Shown: positions 35,867-47,305 of the stretch, in pieces
How the letters are laid out: every line of letters begins with the position of its first letter
Position numbering within the stretch: the first letter of the stretch is position 1
From: Amoebophrya sp. A120
Lineage: Eukaryota > Protista > Dinoflagellata
Direction: 5' to 3'
DNA length: 64,000 bases
Assembly: GCA_905178155.1 (NCBI GenBank)
Contig: CAJINV010000012.1
Location: forward strand, 2,258,166-2,322,165
Notes under the pieces: model-generated
What the model was told of the DNA's origin: nothing
Seen by the model: only the letters and a program-made list of their open reading frames with translations
Databases searched by the model: none
Position numbers and translations under genes: made by a program

Positions 35867-38800
35867 TCACAGCGGCCCCGTCGCATGCCTTCCGACGTTT
35901 CCCATATTCCCCACATGCGCGCCGTCATTTTCATCCCTGCCACTGAACATGTGCGCCAGACTGTTACCCCACCTTGCGAACCGGTGAATCCAACTTGGGA
36001 TCGCCATACTTGTCATCCCTAACAAAACCTGTGCAAACTCGTCGGAAAACGTGCAGCAGTTGCGGCTCAGCAAGTCGTACGAATTGCCCTGCCACGCCCG
36101 CTCCATTGCCCCGACGATGTTCCCCAATTCTTCCACCGACAGGTACGTGTAGCCGAGAAAAATCGACTCGCGGTACTTGTGGGTGTGGTGCTTTATCCTG
36201 TGCAAAAGTATCGTACTCGTAGTAATTGCAATCATGCATATACAAATTTCTTTCTCAAGTCCAATCCGCATTACAAATTTCATTTCTCATGCTGAAGAAA
36301 TTTGTAATGCATTTATACGAGTACGATACTTTTGCAGTGCATATGCTTCTTCGGCGCGTGGGTCTCCACCCCGGTGCCGTGGGGAGTGTACCCGAAGGAA
36401 AATTCTCGGTTGTGCACCTCGATCCCCGCGTGGAAAACGCCGCCGAATTTCAGCATTTTGTTGGAAAAAACAAAGTTCAGATTCTTGATTTTCTCCGCCG
36501 CGTCTTCGTTCATCGGAGGGTCCAGGTCGTAGACGTTGACGTAGACCGGGACTTGCCGCCAGTTCAGCGGGTTGAGCTCGAGTTTCTGGTGCCTTTGCTG
36601 AAGGGCTGATGTTATGAACTGGAAAAGTATCGCACTCGTATAAATGCATTACAAATTTCCTCAGCATGAGAAAAAAAATTTGCAATGCTGCTTTACCTTA
36701 GGGAAAAGATTTGTAATGCATGATTGCAAGAATACGAGTACGATACTTTTGCACGGGATAGATGTCGGCGCGACGTCAGGCTGGATTAGAGGGGTGTAGT
36801 AGCGGCTGGACATGGAAGCTTGTTCTACCGGCGCACCTTGGGCTCCTGCCGCTGCTGCTGCACCCATATGATGTTCTCGCCAGGCGATGTAGTCCACTCG
36901 GGCGGTCTGCGCACCAGACGAGCCACCAGATGGTTGGTTCGTAACAGAAATTACCGGCTGGTGCATAACGTGACTTGCAGGATTTTTGATGTTCAACACA
37001 TGTTGATGTCCTCCAGCAAACACCAAATTCGATTGCTGCATTTGGTTCGGCCCGTTCGCTTGTGCTGTGCAAAAGCATCGTACTCGTAGTAATCGCAGTC
37101 ATGCATTACAAATTTCCTTCTTAACCTAAATCCGCATTACAAACTCCATTTTTCATGCTGAGGGAATTTGTCATGCGATTTCTACTAGTACGATGCTTTT
37201 GCATTTCATATCGCCCGGAAGCAATCTCGCACCCAGGGCGACATCATCATTCCCGTCTCCCGGTTGACAAAAACTGAGGAGAAACTGAGCCTGTACCCGG
37301 CTAGAACACCCCCAGATCCACCGCCTTTCTCAAACTCGAACTCGAATTTTTGTGGTGCGCCGTATTTACTAGTTTGATGTTGGCCATTCAGATTCATTTG
37401 CGATTGCATTTCCACCAACCGTTTCGTCAGCTCCGAGTCATAACTCCGAAACTTCGCAGTGCTGAAATAGGTGTCGGGAGGTATCCTGTGCAAAAGTATC
37501 GCACTCGTAGTAATCGCAGTGATGAATGACAAATCCTCTATCTTAGGGAAATCAGCATTACAAGCTCCACTTTCCTTCTTGGCAAAATTTGTCATGCAGT
37601 TTATACTAGTACGATGCTTTTGCAATGCATAGGAGGCGTGCCGAACCCAATGTGATTTAAGCGGTAGGAAACCGTGTTCGGGTAGTTTTCGCTGTTTCTG
37701 GTCACAAACACCGGCTGGAAGGAAAGGAGCAATTCTTTCTTATGCATTGCAAAAGCATCGTACTAGTAGAAATCGCATGACAAATTCGCTCAGCATGACA
37801 AATGGAATTTGTCATGCTGTTTTCCCTTGGGATGGAAGTTTGTAATGCATGATTGCGATTACTACGAGTACGATACTTTTGCCCAGCATATTTCTTCGAA
37901 AACGCCAATTGGTTTGCTTCCGAGCTGGAACTGCCGGAGTTAGTCGTGTAAAAGTGAGCTAGTTCCCGATCCACCGCCTCACCACCGTTCTTAATCATGT
38001 CCTTCGACACTAAAAGCTTCGTCCGGCGGGTCTCTGTTTGGTCAAAAACGAAAAATTTCAAGTCGCGGAGACCGTAGAAGTTGCCATCATGATTCGTCTG
38101 GGCGTGGTTCATCTTGTGCTGCTGGTTATTGTTGTTCCCGTTGTAGCTGTTCACAGCCTTCTGCCACTTCTGCTCCCGGTCGTGATTGATCAAAGCAAGC
38201 TTCTGCTGAATTTCACCGCACTGGTAGCAAATTTCTAATCTTTGGCTCTTGCAATAAGGGTTCTTGTTGTTCATCGAGCTAGAAGCCGCGCGTGCTGTCG
38301 CAGGCGCCGACGCACCATTGGTATTGTCGCTGGTAGACGTCCCAACAAACACAAAGCCGTTCGTGAAGAGTTTCTCGACCATTTGCCTTTCCACATTGTC
38401 GATGGTTTGTTGGATTGCGATCTGCCGAGGATCTACTTGCTGCTGCTGTTGTCCTCGTACTCCACTTCGATCGGTCACCGCACCGGAAAACGCCATTTTG
38501 CCAGGAGCAGCTCCAGGCAACACTTTGCCTATTACCCTTTCCGCTTTACTCTTGTCGAAGAAATTCTCGTAAAAATCCTCCTCATCCAGGTTTTCCAGAG
38601 TGGATGCACTAGCTTATCCACAAGAAATAATTTCCCGCACATGTACAACTACAAATGCAGTCGCTGCATGACAAAACTTGCCTTCAGTCCTAGTCTAGCA
38701 TGACAAGTTGGACACTGCAAGTTAGGGAAATTGCTCATGCATTTTGTACATGTACGGGAAATTTGTCTTGCATATACCTGAACCTGATCCAGCCCCTCCC

Positions 38801-40632
38801 CCGCCGGCGAAAAAGCTCCACAGATCTTCCTCGTAGTCCTGATTGGAAGTTTGCTTGTAATCCATAGTTCGCAAGTAGTCCAACGTCCTGCCGCGCTCGT
38901 TGGGGGCGTGTTCCGGAAAGTTCTGCATGTAGTCATCCACGCGACCGCCGCGGCGGTTGTTGGCTTGGGGTATAACGTTGTGGACTGTGCTAGTACTAGC
39001 AGTGATGTCCGCGGCTTCTAGAGCACCACTATCCTCACCGGAGGAGGAACTACCTGACCTTTTCTGCATGAATTTCTTGAAATACCGCCTCGCCGACGGG
39101 GTTTCGAACTTGTCAACCCGCTGCAACATTTGTTCGTCGTGGTAGTTCTTACTGTTTTCATCAACATTGTTGCTGTCCAACGTCGGAAACAATTCGCTGA
39201 CGTTTTGATCCACAAGCGCGATATTCCTGCCTGGAACTACGGCCCCGTTTTGCAGCGGAGTCACTTTCTCTTCCCATTCTACCTTGTTCAATCGCTTCAT
39301 CTCCCGGAACCGTGCTCTATTCTGTGTGTTGTGATTCGCATTCATCCGCCCAGTTGTACTGCTATCATCTATCCCGGATAATCCGAGAAACAAGCTGGGC
39401 ACGTTGATCCGCTCGTCGTTTACCAGAATTAAGAATCTCGAGTCGGGCTTCAAGAGCAGGCTGTTCTTCAAAATTTTCTCCCTCCGCTTAAACAATTGCT
39501 GTAGTTGCAACCTGTTCTTAAACATCGTTTGCGTGTAATCGTAGGAAAAGGTCGCCATCGGGTCAACTCGGATGTCGAAGTCCTTTACTGCGTCGAGGAT
39601 TTCGGAATTTGACTTCGCATTCATCAGCTCCGGAGTGATCATGAAATTCGCTCTTGGGAGGTGTTTATTTTGCGGAGGTGCCGCATTGACATTGACATTG
39701 AGTTGCGGTGTGGTCCTCCTTGCGGTTCTTCCGCCCGTAATTATAGGCCGCGAAGATGATGAAGCTGCGTTTACTTCATGGTCTTCTACTGTAGTCGTGG
39801 TGCCCGTGTGCGGTCGCCATCCGGGCTGCTGCGGCTGTCCTTCTTTTGTGGTCCTCGGCCCACCTCGCACGCCATACTGCTGCATATGGCGTTCTCAAAC
39901 GTTACATTCTCAACTGTTACATGGTTTGTCATGCAAAATTGCCTTCAGAAGCGACACCATCAAGTTGCTTCGCATGACAAATTCTCAGAGGGCCAAATAG
40001 GGTGATAATCGGCGCCAAGTCTGTCACGCAAGACGCGCAAGATCGCCCCTATCACTTTTGCCATTCTTGCATCACAAATTCATGTAACGGTTGAGAATGT
40101 AACAGTTGAGAACGCCATACTGCACCGACGTGTAATGTACCGCTTCGTCCAGAGACGGCGTAGTTCCTCGGTCAGCATTATTTTCGTATGGATTTCTTCC
40201 CGGCTTTTGGACCGCATGATGAGATGAAAATCTATTCCCGCTGTCCGAAAAGGGTGCAAACTGATACGCGGAAAATTCCCGGCCCCAATCGTCGATTGGC
40301 TGCGGTGGAGCTGCGACTGGCGGTGCGGTATCTTCCTCTTTCACCTGCGGAATCACCTCTGTCTGCTCCTGCACGAATTTCGTGTTGCGCCCGAGGAAGA
40401 GCTCAGGAAGGGGAAGAACGGAAGTTCTTGATGATGGGCTCCCCGTTCTTGTCCCCCGATTAATATGCAAGCGTTGTAGTTCATCAAAATCATGCTGGTG
40501 GTGCCCGCGGCCGAAAGAGCCAGGTAGTGGGCGATCCGCGAGGGCGAAAGGAGCAAAGAGCGGGTGAAATGAAACCGTAACGAAAGGAACCAGGAAAAAA
40601 GGAGAGTGAGCGAGCCACATCTTATTCAGCAT
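35867..40632 (-). CDS. Long protein with signal-peptide-like N-terminus and C-terminal PPPDE/DeSI peptidase domain; 7 introner insertions; start could be 41016
   Basis: All seven removals keep one frame. VYVNVYDL, GGVFHAGIEV (catalytic His), YDLLSRNCCTF (catalytic Cys), IPSWIHR. Confidence 0.85.
36194..36343. mobile_element. Introner/MITE family A
   Basis: Ends tatcctgtgcaaaagtatcgtactcgta...tacgagtacgatacttttgcagtgcata; repeat tgctt; lies between the catalytic His and Cys codons. Confidence 0.95.
36613..36760. mobile_element. Introner/MITE family A (opposite orientation)
   Basis: Ends tatgaactggaaaagtatcg...cgatacttttgcacgggata; repeat gatgt. Confidence 0.95.
37061..37210. mobile_element. 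Introner/MITE family A (left end TGT)
   Basis: Ends tgtgctgtgcaaaagcatcgtact...agtacgatgcttttgcatttcata; repeat tcgct/tcgcc. Confidence 0.93.
37482..37631. mobile_element. Introner/MITE family A
   Basis: Ends tatcctgtgcaaaagtatcg...cgatgcttttgcaatgcata; repeat ggagg. Confidence 0.95.
37741..37890. mobile_element. Introner/MITE family A (opposite orientation)
   Basis: Ends tatgcattgcaaaagcatcgtact...agtacgatacttttgcccagcata; repeat tttct. Confidence 0.95.
38615..38774. mobile_element. Introner/MITE family C
   Basis: Similar to 19051-19201; repeat tagct/tacct, which on the sense strand gives AG|GT...AG boundaries. Confidence 0.92.
39885..40119. mobile_element. Introner/MITE family H
   Basis: Ends tatggcgttctcaaacgttacattctcaac...gttgagaatgtaacagttgagaacgccata; repeat ctgca. 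Confidence 0.95.
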
Positions 40633-41204
40633 TTTCAGAGATAAAGAACTGAGACTGACGAGGACAGCGACTACACTTCTCAAGCATGCTACTTTGAAAT
40701 ACGCACTTATGGGCTCAATCGTCTGAGTCAGAAATTTACTTATTTCACAGCATGATGGACCTAATGGCAAACCAAAGTAGCAAAACGACAGGGAACAACA
40801 AAGCACATTTTTCGTCACCGATGGCGCACAGCCCGCACGCAGCCACGGTAGCCTTCTTGACGAACGGAACGCACAACACGCGCTCAACGTCACGGCAAGC
40901 AGCAAAATAAACGAACACAAAGTGAAAGCGCCGAGCTCCCGGACACAGGCACTAGCCAATAGGCACAATGAATCAAGCACACCCGTGTCACTGGTTCGGT
41001 TATGCCCTTCTTTCATAATTTTGATCTGAAGTGGTTATGTGCATTGTCGCTGCATTTTTCGTCGATAGAAAGGAGGATATTGGCGTCGTAAAAAATAGCT
41101 CCGGAAGAACAGCTGTCGCTTGTTTGCTAGCGCTCGTTCTCGTCCGTTATGAGTTAGCAATCAACGTAAAAATCACCGTGGTACTAGTCGCAGTTTCAGC
41201 TCCT

Positions 41205-43535
41205 TCAAAGAAAATCCTCCTCCTCCTCGTAGCTGTTTTTCCTCCTTTTCGCACTGTTCATCTCTGCCGCAGCCTCTGCAGCTTCGAACAGGCCGCGGCC
41301 GCTTTTGATCCCAAATTTTGCCCGCGCGGCTCTCTCCGCTTTCCGCTCCTGTTCCTCCTCCAAAGCAAGTAGCCGGTCGAGTTCGGAGAGCGCTGCTTTT
41401 GCAGAGGAGGGGAGATTCACCTGTGGTTCTTGAGCGGCGCCGATGTTTTGTACGTTGTTCATACTGCTCGAACTTTTCCCAGCTGCAGAAGATCCTGAAG
41501 AACAGCCGGTGCTTTGAAACAACGGTGCGCTGGGGCCTTGATGTTCATCATCGTTAGCATCCTCCATGCTGTCGATGTCCATTCCCGTAGCTGCTCCTGT
41601 TCCAGTCACACCTCCAGACATCACAGCCAGGCTTCCATTTTTTCCCTTCCCACCTGTGCCGTACTTTTGTCGGTCCGTCAACATCCGGTCGCTTCTCGTC
41701 TCAAGTCTAGGAGTAGAGGAACCCGCGGGCGTATTTCTCGTAGTCGTATTGTTTTGCTCCTGTTCTCGACGTTCCGGAGGAGTTGTACTACTAGTACCCT
41801 TTGTAATTAGCAGCTGTTCATGCAGTTCTGCACCAGGAGCAGGAGAGGGCGACTCGCAGGTCTCTGGGCTTTGCAGGTCAGCACCAAGTTGCCCCTCCTG
41901 TTGCAAGTTACTACCAGTACTCTCGTCAAAATCTACGTCCATGCTGTCATCGCCAAAATTGTCCAGGAGCTGCAGATTTTCCAACTGCGCAAAATCGTCC
42001 TCGTCCATCGCCGCGTAGGCCGCTTCCTCCTCTTTCTCCCGCTCTTCCAAAGATTGCAGAAGGTTTTTCGTCTCGGTGGAAGAACAGGTGGTGGTGGTGG
42101 AAGAGTTATTTGGTGCTGATGCGATTGCACAACCGGAACCGGCACGAGAGGACACCGACACCTGCGCTCGTCCAGCAGCACCCGTGTCACTTGTTTCTTG
42201 AACAGGAACATGATTCGGTATCAACGGCATTTGGTAATTCGAGTTTGGATTTCTGCTGCTCCCAATCGGACTGGGTTTCATCTTGAACAAGTCGGGTGAG
42301 GCCCCCGCGTTTGGATTGTTCGGGCGGGGATAAGTTCTCGGCGGGCTGTTCGGTACTAGCTGTAACATCCCATGACCACCTCCTCTCAAAGACGACGATG
42401 AACCTGAGCCTGAACTCATCTTGTCCTGTCCAGACGAAAACCCGCAGGCGTGGAGCGATTTCAACAGTGCGTGCTGACCCCGGAGAAGATCCGCTGCGGA
42501 AGATGTAGATGTAGTGCTGGTTGTATCAAGGTTGTCCACGCCTTGACGAGGAGGAGCTACTACTACATTTTGGCTAGTGTTTCTGTTTTCCCCAACTGTA
42601 TTCGGCGCTTTCGACGGAAGCTTTGTGACCGGAGTGCCCGTTACTCTCGTCGCGGTTGAGGTCTCAGGCACGTTTGTCCACTGGCGGGGGTTGGTGGAAT
42701 TTCTCGTGCTCGTAGAAGATGAGGAAGAAGCATTGGAACTGCTACTTCCGCTTCCATTTTGGCCAAAAGAAGAACTACTTGAAGATCCGAAAAAGGAATA
42801 GAAGTTGCCAAACGCACCAGAAGCGCCAGTAGTTCCCCGCGAGGAGGTTGAGGAGGAAAAACCACCTTGCTGCGACGATGAACCAGCACCATCACCCCGA
42901 CTTTTCGGTTGCTGCAAACTGGAAGTTTGGTTCCGAAAAATCGTACCACATTGTCGGTGCACCAAATGCCCCTCTGGCGCGGTGACCACTTCATTTTCGT
43001 CCTCTTTGATGACAATTTGGTTGCACCGGTCACACTTCAAGGTCGTGAAATCTTTTTTACCGGAGGACAGAAGCTTGGACACGGTTAAGGGTTTAGGATT
43101 TTGCTTGCTTGTTCCGGCATTTTTCGTTGCATCTGTTTTCAGTTTGCTCGACCCACAAGCAGAACTCGCTAACGGAATCGGCTGACCGTTGCTGTCTTGC
43201 GTCAAGTACTTGACCGGTGGGTATGCCGGGGGAGCCATGGGGAAGCGACGGGAGGTGTGGGGAGGGCCTGTGGGAGGGGCAGTAGAATTGGATCTACCAC
43301 TAGAAGTCCGGCTAGAATTCGAAGACGAAATGAGTGCTCCGTTTTGGAGGTTGTTCGAAGCGAGGCGTGCGGAGGAGCTTCTTGAGGAGGAAGATGATGC
43401 TCCACCTGTCGCTCTTCCGTAAGATGAGCCACTGCTACCACGGCTGGAAGAACTTCTACTGGACGAGGCTCCTTGCTGGTACCCGTAGGGCGGGTGGCGC
43501 GGGTTCAGGTATTTCACTGAGGAGGACGCGGCCAT
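41205..43535 (-). CDS. Ser-rich low-complexity protein with a single LIM-like zinc knuckle, intronless
   Basis: 776-aa ORF; CDRC...HRQC; C-terminal KRRK. Confidence 0.75.
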   Translation of the reverse strand: MAASSSVKYLNPRHPPYGYQQGASSSRSSSSRGSSGSSYGRATGGASSSSSRSSSARLASNNLQNGALISSSNSSRTSSGRSNSTAPPTGPPHTSRRFPMAPPAYPPVKYLTQDSNGQPIPLASSACGSSKLKTDATKNAGTSKQNPKPLTVSKLLSSGKKDFTTLKCDRCNQIVIKEDENEVVTAPEGHLVHRQCGTIFRNQTSSLQQPKSRGDGAGSSSQQGGFSSSTSSRGTTGASGAFGNFYSFFGSSSSSSFGQNGSGSSSSNASSSSSTSTRNSTNPRQWTNVPETSTATRVTGTPVTKLPSKAPNTVGENRNTSQNVVVAPPRQGVDNLDTTSTTSTSSAADLLRGQHALLKSLHACGFSSGQDKMSSGSGSSSSLRGGGHGMLQLVPNSPPRTYPRPNNPNAGASPDLFKMKPSPIGSSRNPNSNYQMPLIPNHVPVQETSDTGAAGRAQVSVSSRAGSGCAIASAPNNSSTTTTCSSTETKNLLQSLEEREKEEEAAYAAMDEDDFAQLENLQLLDNFGDDSMDVDFDESTGSNLQQEGQLGADLQSPETCESPSPAPGAELHEQLLITKGTSSTTPPERREQEQNNTTTRNTPAGSSTPRLETRSDRMLTDRQKYGTGGKGKNGSLAVMSGGVTGTGAATGMDIDSMEDANDDEHQGPSAPLFQSTGCSSGSSAAGKSSSSMNNVQNIGAAQEPQVNLPSSAKAALSELDRLLALEEEQERKAERAARAKFGIKSGRGLFEAAEAAAEMNSAKRRKNSYEEEEDFL

Positions 43536-44312
43536 GGCTTAGAAGCACAATGATGTCGTTGATGCGAGCTGTGTATGTCTTCAAGGTCGTGAATCTGTAG
43601 AAAGAGGTCGAATACAAGTCGCTACAAGATGAAATGTAAGGAGCGGTGGTTTCAACACTCGTGAAAGAAGTGACAGAACTGGCTAGGAAGTCGCGTGAGT
43701 TTGTTCTAACTATGACGCGATCTTCGCGTTCAATCATTTTCCAGTACTAGAGAGGTATCAGTACGACATCACAAAAAACGCGCGGCCGTGCCCTGCCAAA
43801 TTGAAAAGGTTTCTCATCTTGGTATGTCGACCTCAATAGTATTTGAGAGCGGGTGAATGACTCCACACAGAAGCGACGTCCAGATATGCGCGCTAGGCCG
43901 CAGCCGCAAGAGAGTAAGTTTCTTGTGAAGAAAGCGCTCGAGGTCGTCTCGTTCTGACATTTTCATCGCACAACAAGGGTACACAGCACGTCACGGAAGA
44001 TCCTCCTCAATACAGATTTCTCGTCCTTCGATCAGGTACAAAATAGGGGAGCATTGATGGCGCCTTCATTTTCTGTATCGGAACAGGATTCACCAGTGAT
44101 TCATTCCATCCTCTCTTTTAGAGCGTGCAGAGCGTAACCATATCGATCATTTTGTTCACTTCTCCAGTAGCATCTTCACATTTTTGCGCTACTTACAGCA
44201 AAGTGACACAATGTCGCGAATATCTTCAGGACCACTATGGTTAGGGACATTGGGGCTGTACGTGCGAAGATCAGAGAAATTTCGGTACACAACATCATCG
44301 GTGAAAGGATTT

Positions 44313-46177
44313 TTATGCCCCCTCCAACCGGTACCGTCTTTCCGCCTCCCTCTTGTACTGAATCAACTCGTCCCCCTTCTGCACTACCATGCCATCTATC
44401 GCCGAGTCCGGGAATTTCGCGAGCTCTTCATTCGTCAAAACCTGCTCCTTGTCGTCTTTGGACTTCTGTTTCGGAACTTCCTTTTCTAAAAATTTCTGCC
44501 ACACGCCCGGCTCACTCGCGGCGCCGGGAATCGGCGGTCCGATCTTCTCGAGGGAGTCGGAACCTGAGGGTTGTGGTAAGATCGTTTTCTATTTGACAAC
44601 GCATGAGAAAAGTGCATCATCCTTCAGATCACGCATGACAAAGTTAAGTGGCGCAAAGTTCGTATCTTTATTACCTGCCGGAATGCACAGCGGTTTGGTC
44701 ATGTCGAGACAGGGTTTTGCCGTCGGTGGCGTGTTAAAGAGCAGGCCCTTCAGGATACCTGTTTATTTTCGCATGATTAAGTTTGAGTATGTGCTGCAGG
44801 CAGCATTGCACGAGAAATTGATCTACTCTATCTGCTCTTAATCCTGTTTCTAAGTTACGGGCTTCCGCACCTCGTCCTAATTCATTGAGCAACTCTCTCT
44901 GCATCACAAACACTCACCCTGAAAGAACAAGTTCGTATTATACCTCGATAATTATTCATGCTCGTTTTCTCCTGCACTGCGGTCGTGACGAAGTGTCCAC
45001 ACAAAATGTGTGCGAAAAACCGCAGTCCCCGAATCAGCACTTTCCGCAGCTCCGCGTCCATTCTTCCAATCATCAGATCGTACTATGCATTGCAAAACTA
45101 TCGTACTAGTATAAATTGCATTACAAATTTTCCCAAGAGCAAAAATGTAATTTGTCATGCTATTTCAGGTAGAAAGTTGGATCTGTCATGCATAGATATC
45201 TGCAATTAGTACGAGTACGATACTTTTGCACAGGATACGTACTTCGCAACCACGATTAACAGCGGCACCGGGAAGGGCCGTAGCTGCTCCTTGTTCGGGA
45301 ATTTCTCAAACACCTCTGCTGGCTGTAAGTCCGGTCTTGTATCAAGTGCAAAAATGTCTGGGTCTGGAAGAATTCATGTTTGTCATGCTTGTCTGGCATG
45401 ACTCGGGAATGTGTGTTGCATAGGCACGAAAAAGCCCTCTTGTGATGCAGCGACGCAGTTTGCCATGCGGAATACGTTGTAAGACATGGCAGCCAAAAAA
45501 TTTGTCATGCGTAACTGCGTATTGCAGTGCGTCTATCATTCATTTTTAGCATTACAAGTTTCCAGACCCAGACATTTTTGCATTTCACATCTTGTACTCG
45601 CGGACAAATTCGGATTTGCCGCGGCGATTTTCGAACGGAGTAGGCTCGTCCATTCAAGGAATGACTGCAGGATGTTCCCAGGTTCCGACCCGTCTAGAAC
45701 GACACAACATAACATGTTATTTGATGATGTGGAGGATGAGGATGTTGTAGTAGAAGTGCTTGTGCTTGAAGAGGAGGAGGAGGAACTACTTGCAGCTGTC
45801 GTTTTCACGACTAGATCCGCAAAGACGTCCAGCCCGCTGTCGTACAAGTGCGCGACGTTTTTCCCGCTGCCCACCGCCGCATCCGTGCGGACGAATTTGT
45901 AGTCCAACGCGACGGTGGACTTCGGAAAGTCTTCCTTCGATGGGTTGATGAAACGCTCCACTAGTGTTGTCTTCCCGCACTTCTTTTTCCCGACAAAGAG
46001 ACAGGTCGTGTTGACGGACTGGGACTGGTTGGAGGTTAGGAGACTGTTTTCATCTGCTCCATTGTTTTCGTTCTCTTTCTCGATTAGCTTCGCCGAGGCC
46101 GGCGTGCCGAGCTTGTCCCATACCGGCACGAATTCGCTCTTGGAAGAGCTTTTTGTGCGGGTGGAGGAGGAACGCAT
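44313..46177 (-). CDS. DYNC2LI1: Cytoplasmic dynein-2 light intermediate chain 1
   Basis: P-loop GKKKCGKTT, PKSTVALDY, RPFPVPLLIVVAKYD, LRFFAH, DMTKPLCIPAGSDSLEKIG; introners 45340-45589 and 45084-45237; GT-AG introns 44759-44943 and 44564-44674. Confidence 0.9.
45084..45237. mobile_element. Introner/MITE family A (opposite orientation)
   Basis: Ends tatgcattgcaaaactatcgtact...agtacgatacttttgcacaggata; repeat cgtac; removal restores the conserved K-Y-D. Confidence 0.95.
45340..45589. mobile_element. Introner/MITE family B (right end ACA)
   Basis: Ends tatcaagtgcaaaaatgtctgggtctggaa...ttccagacccagacatttttgcatttcaca; repeat tcttg. Confidence 0.95.
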
Positions 46178-47305
46178 GGGTAGAAAGTGGTAATGAACGA
46201 GGTGTGAAAGTGAACTACTAGTACACGGTCGCCGTTGAAGATACTTGTAACGCTAGGCTCAAAATATAATCTTTATTTGCGCCGTCACTAAGGCAATGGC
46301 AATGCAGATCTTCTTGTCAGAGCCCTTATCTCGTCGCCGCGTCCTCTCTCCATGTCCATAGTACGTATCTGTTGCAATACTCTCTCCACCTACCCTCGCG
46401 GAATCACCAAGCGTTGCGCGCTGGCTCACAAAAATAAAAAAGCGCACAGACATTACCGCATCACTAGGAGCAGAAACTACAAGAGCAAGACGCAACGAAG
46501 ATGAAACGCCGCTCCGCGGCTTCTTTGATTACCAGCCCCATGGACCATCGAAGCACAACCGCGGTCCCCAGGTCGTGCTTAAACTCCTTTTATTTCGTTT
46601 TCGAAAATCAGACTCCATCTGAGTCTATCATTTTCGTGGTGCATTTTTCGGTTCATTTTACTTCTAGATGTGCCCCGTCCATTGTAGCTGCAGATTGTTG
46701 AAATTCTGTAATCTAGTTGTAGCCTTATATGCGAGCTACACCTTACAAGAGATTCTAGAAAAGTTGAAGTTTTAAGTTCTTGTCGAATGGAGGTGCATGC
46801 TTCTCAAAACTAGCAAGTTCTCTGACGAAGAAAATTTGGTTACGTAAAAACATAAAATAGCGCTACGTGGTTTTTGAAAAGTTGTGAGGATTTGTTGAGT
46901 TCAAAATTGACGACAGAGCCACTGTGATTCTCTGTCGTCGCCATTGTTGATGCCGGTCTGTTACAGCAAAATATTGCTGCTGTAACGATGTAGTTTCTTG
47001 AAGACAAATAGAGTAGAAAAGTTCGCTATTAGAATGGAAATATCCTTGCCGTGCAGTAAACGTTCCACCAGGCAGCTGGTAGAACAAGAAGAAGATAACA
47101 AGTCACTGCTCATTTGTCATTCGTCACTAATTGAAAATGCCATACGTGGTAAGTAAATAAATAAGCGTGCTTGGAGCTGCTGCCAGCACCAGCTCCACCT
47201 CGTCCTGATAATAATCTACTTTTCATCAACATGATCATCAATTTCATGCATAACAAACTTCTGGTTCTGCCATACTGCATTACTCTCAGTCCAAGACAAA
47301 GAAGA

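Noticed and set aside
36194-37890. CRISPR-like or tandem array of ~150-bp repeats
   Set aside because: The intervening sequences are in-frame exons of variable length, the repeats have TIRs and TSDs, and there are no cas genes.
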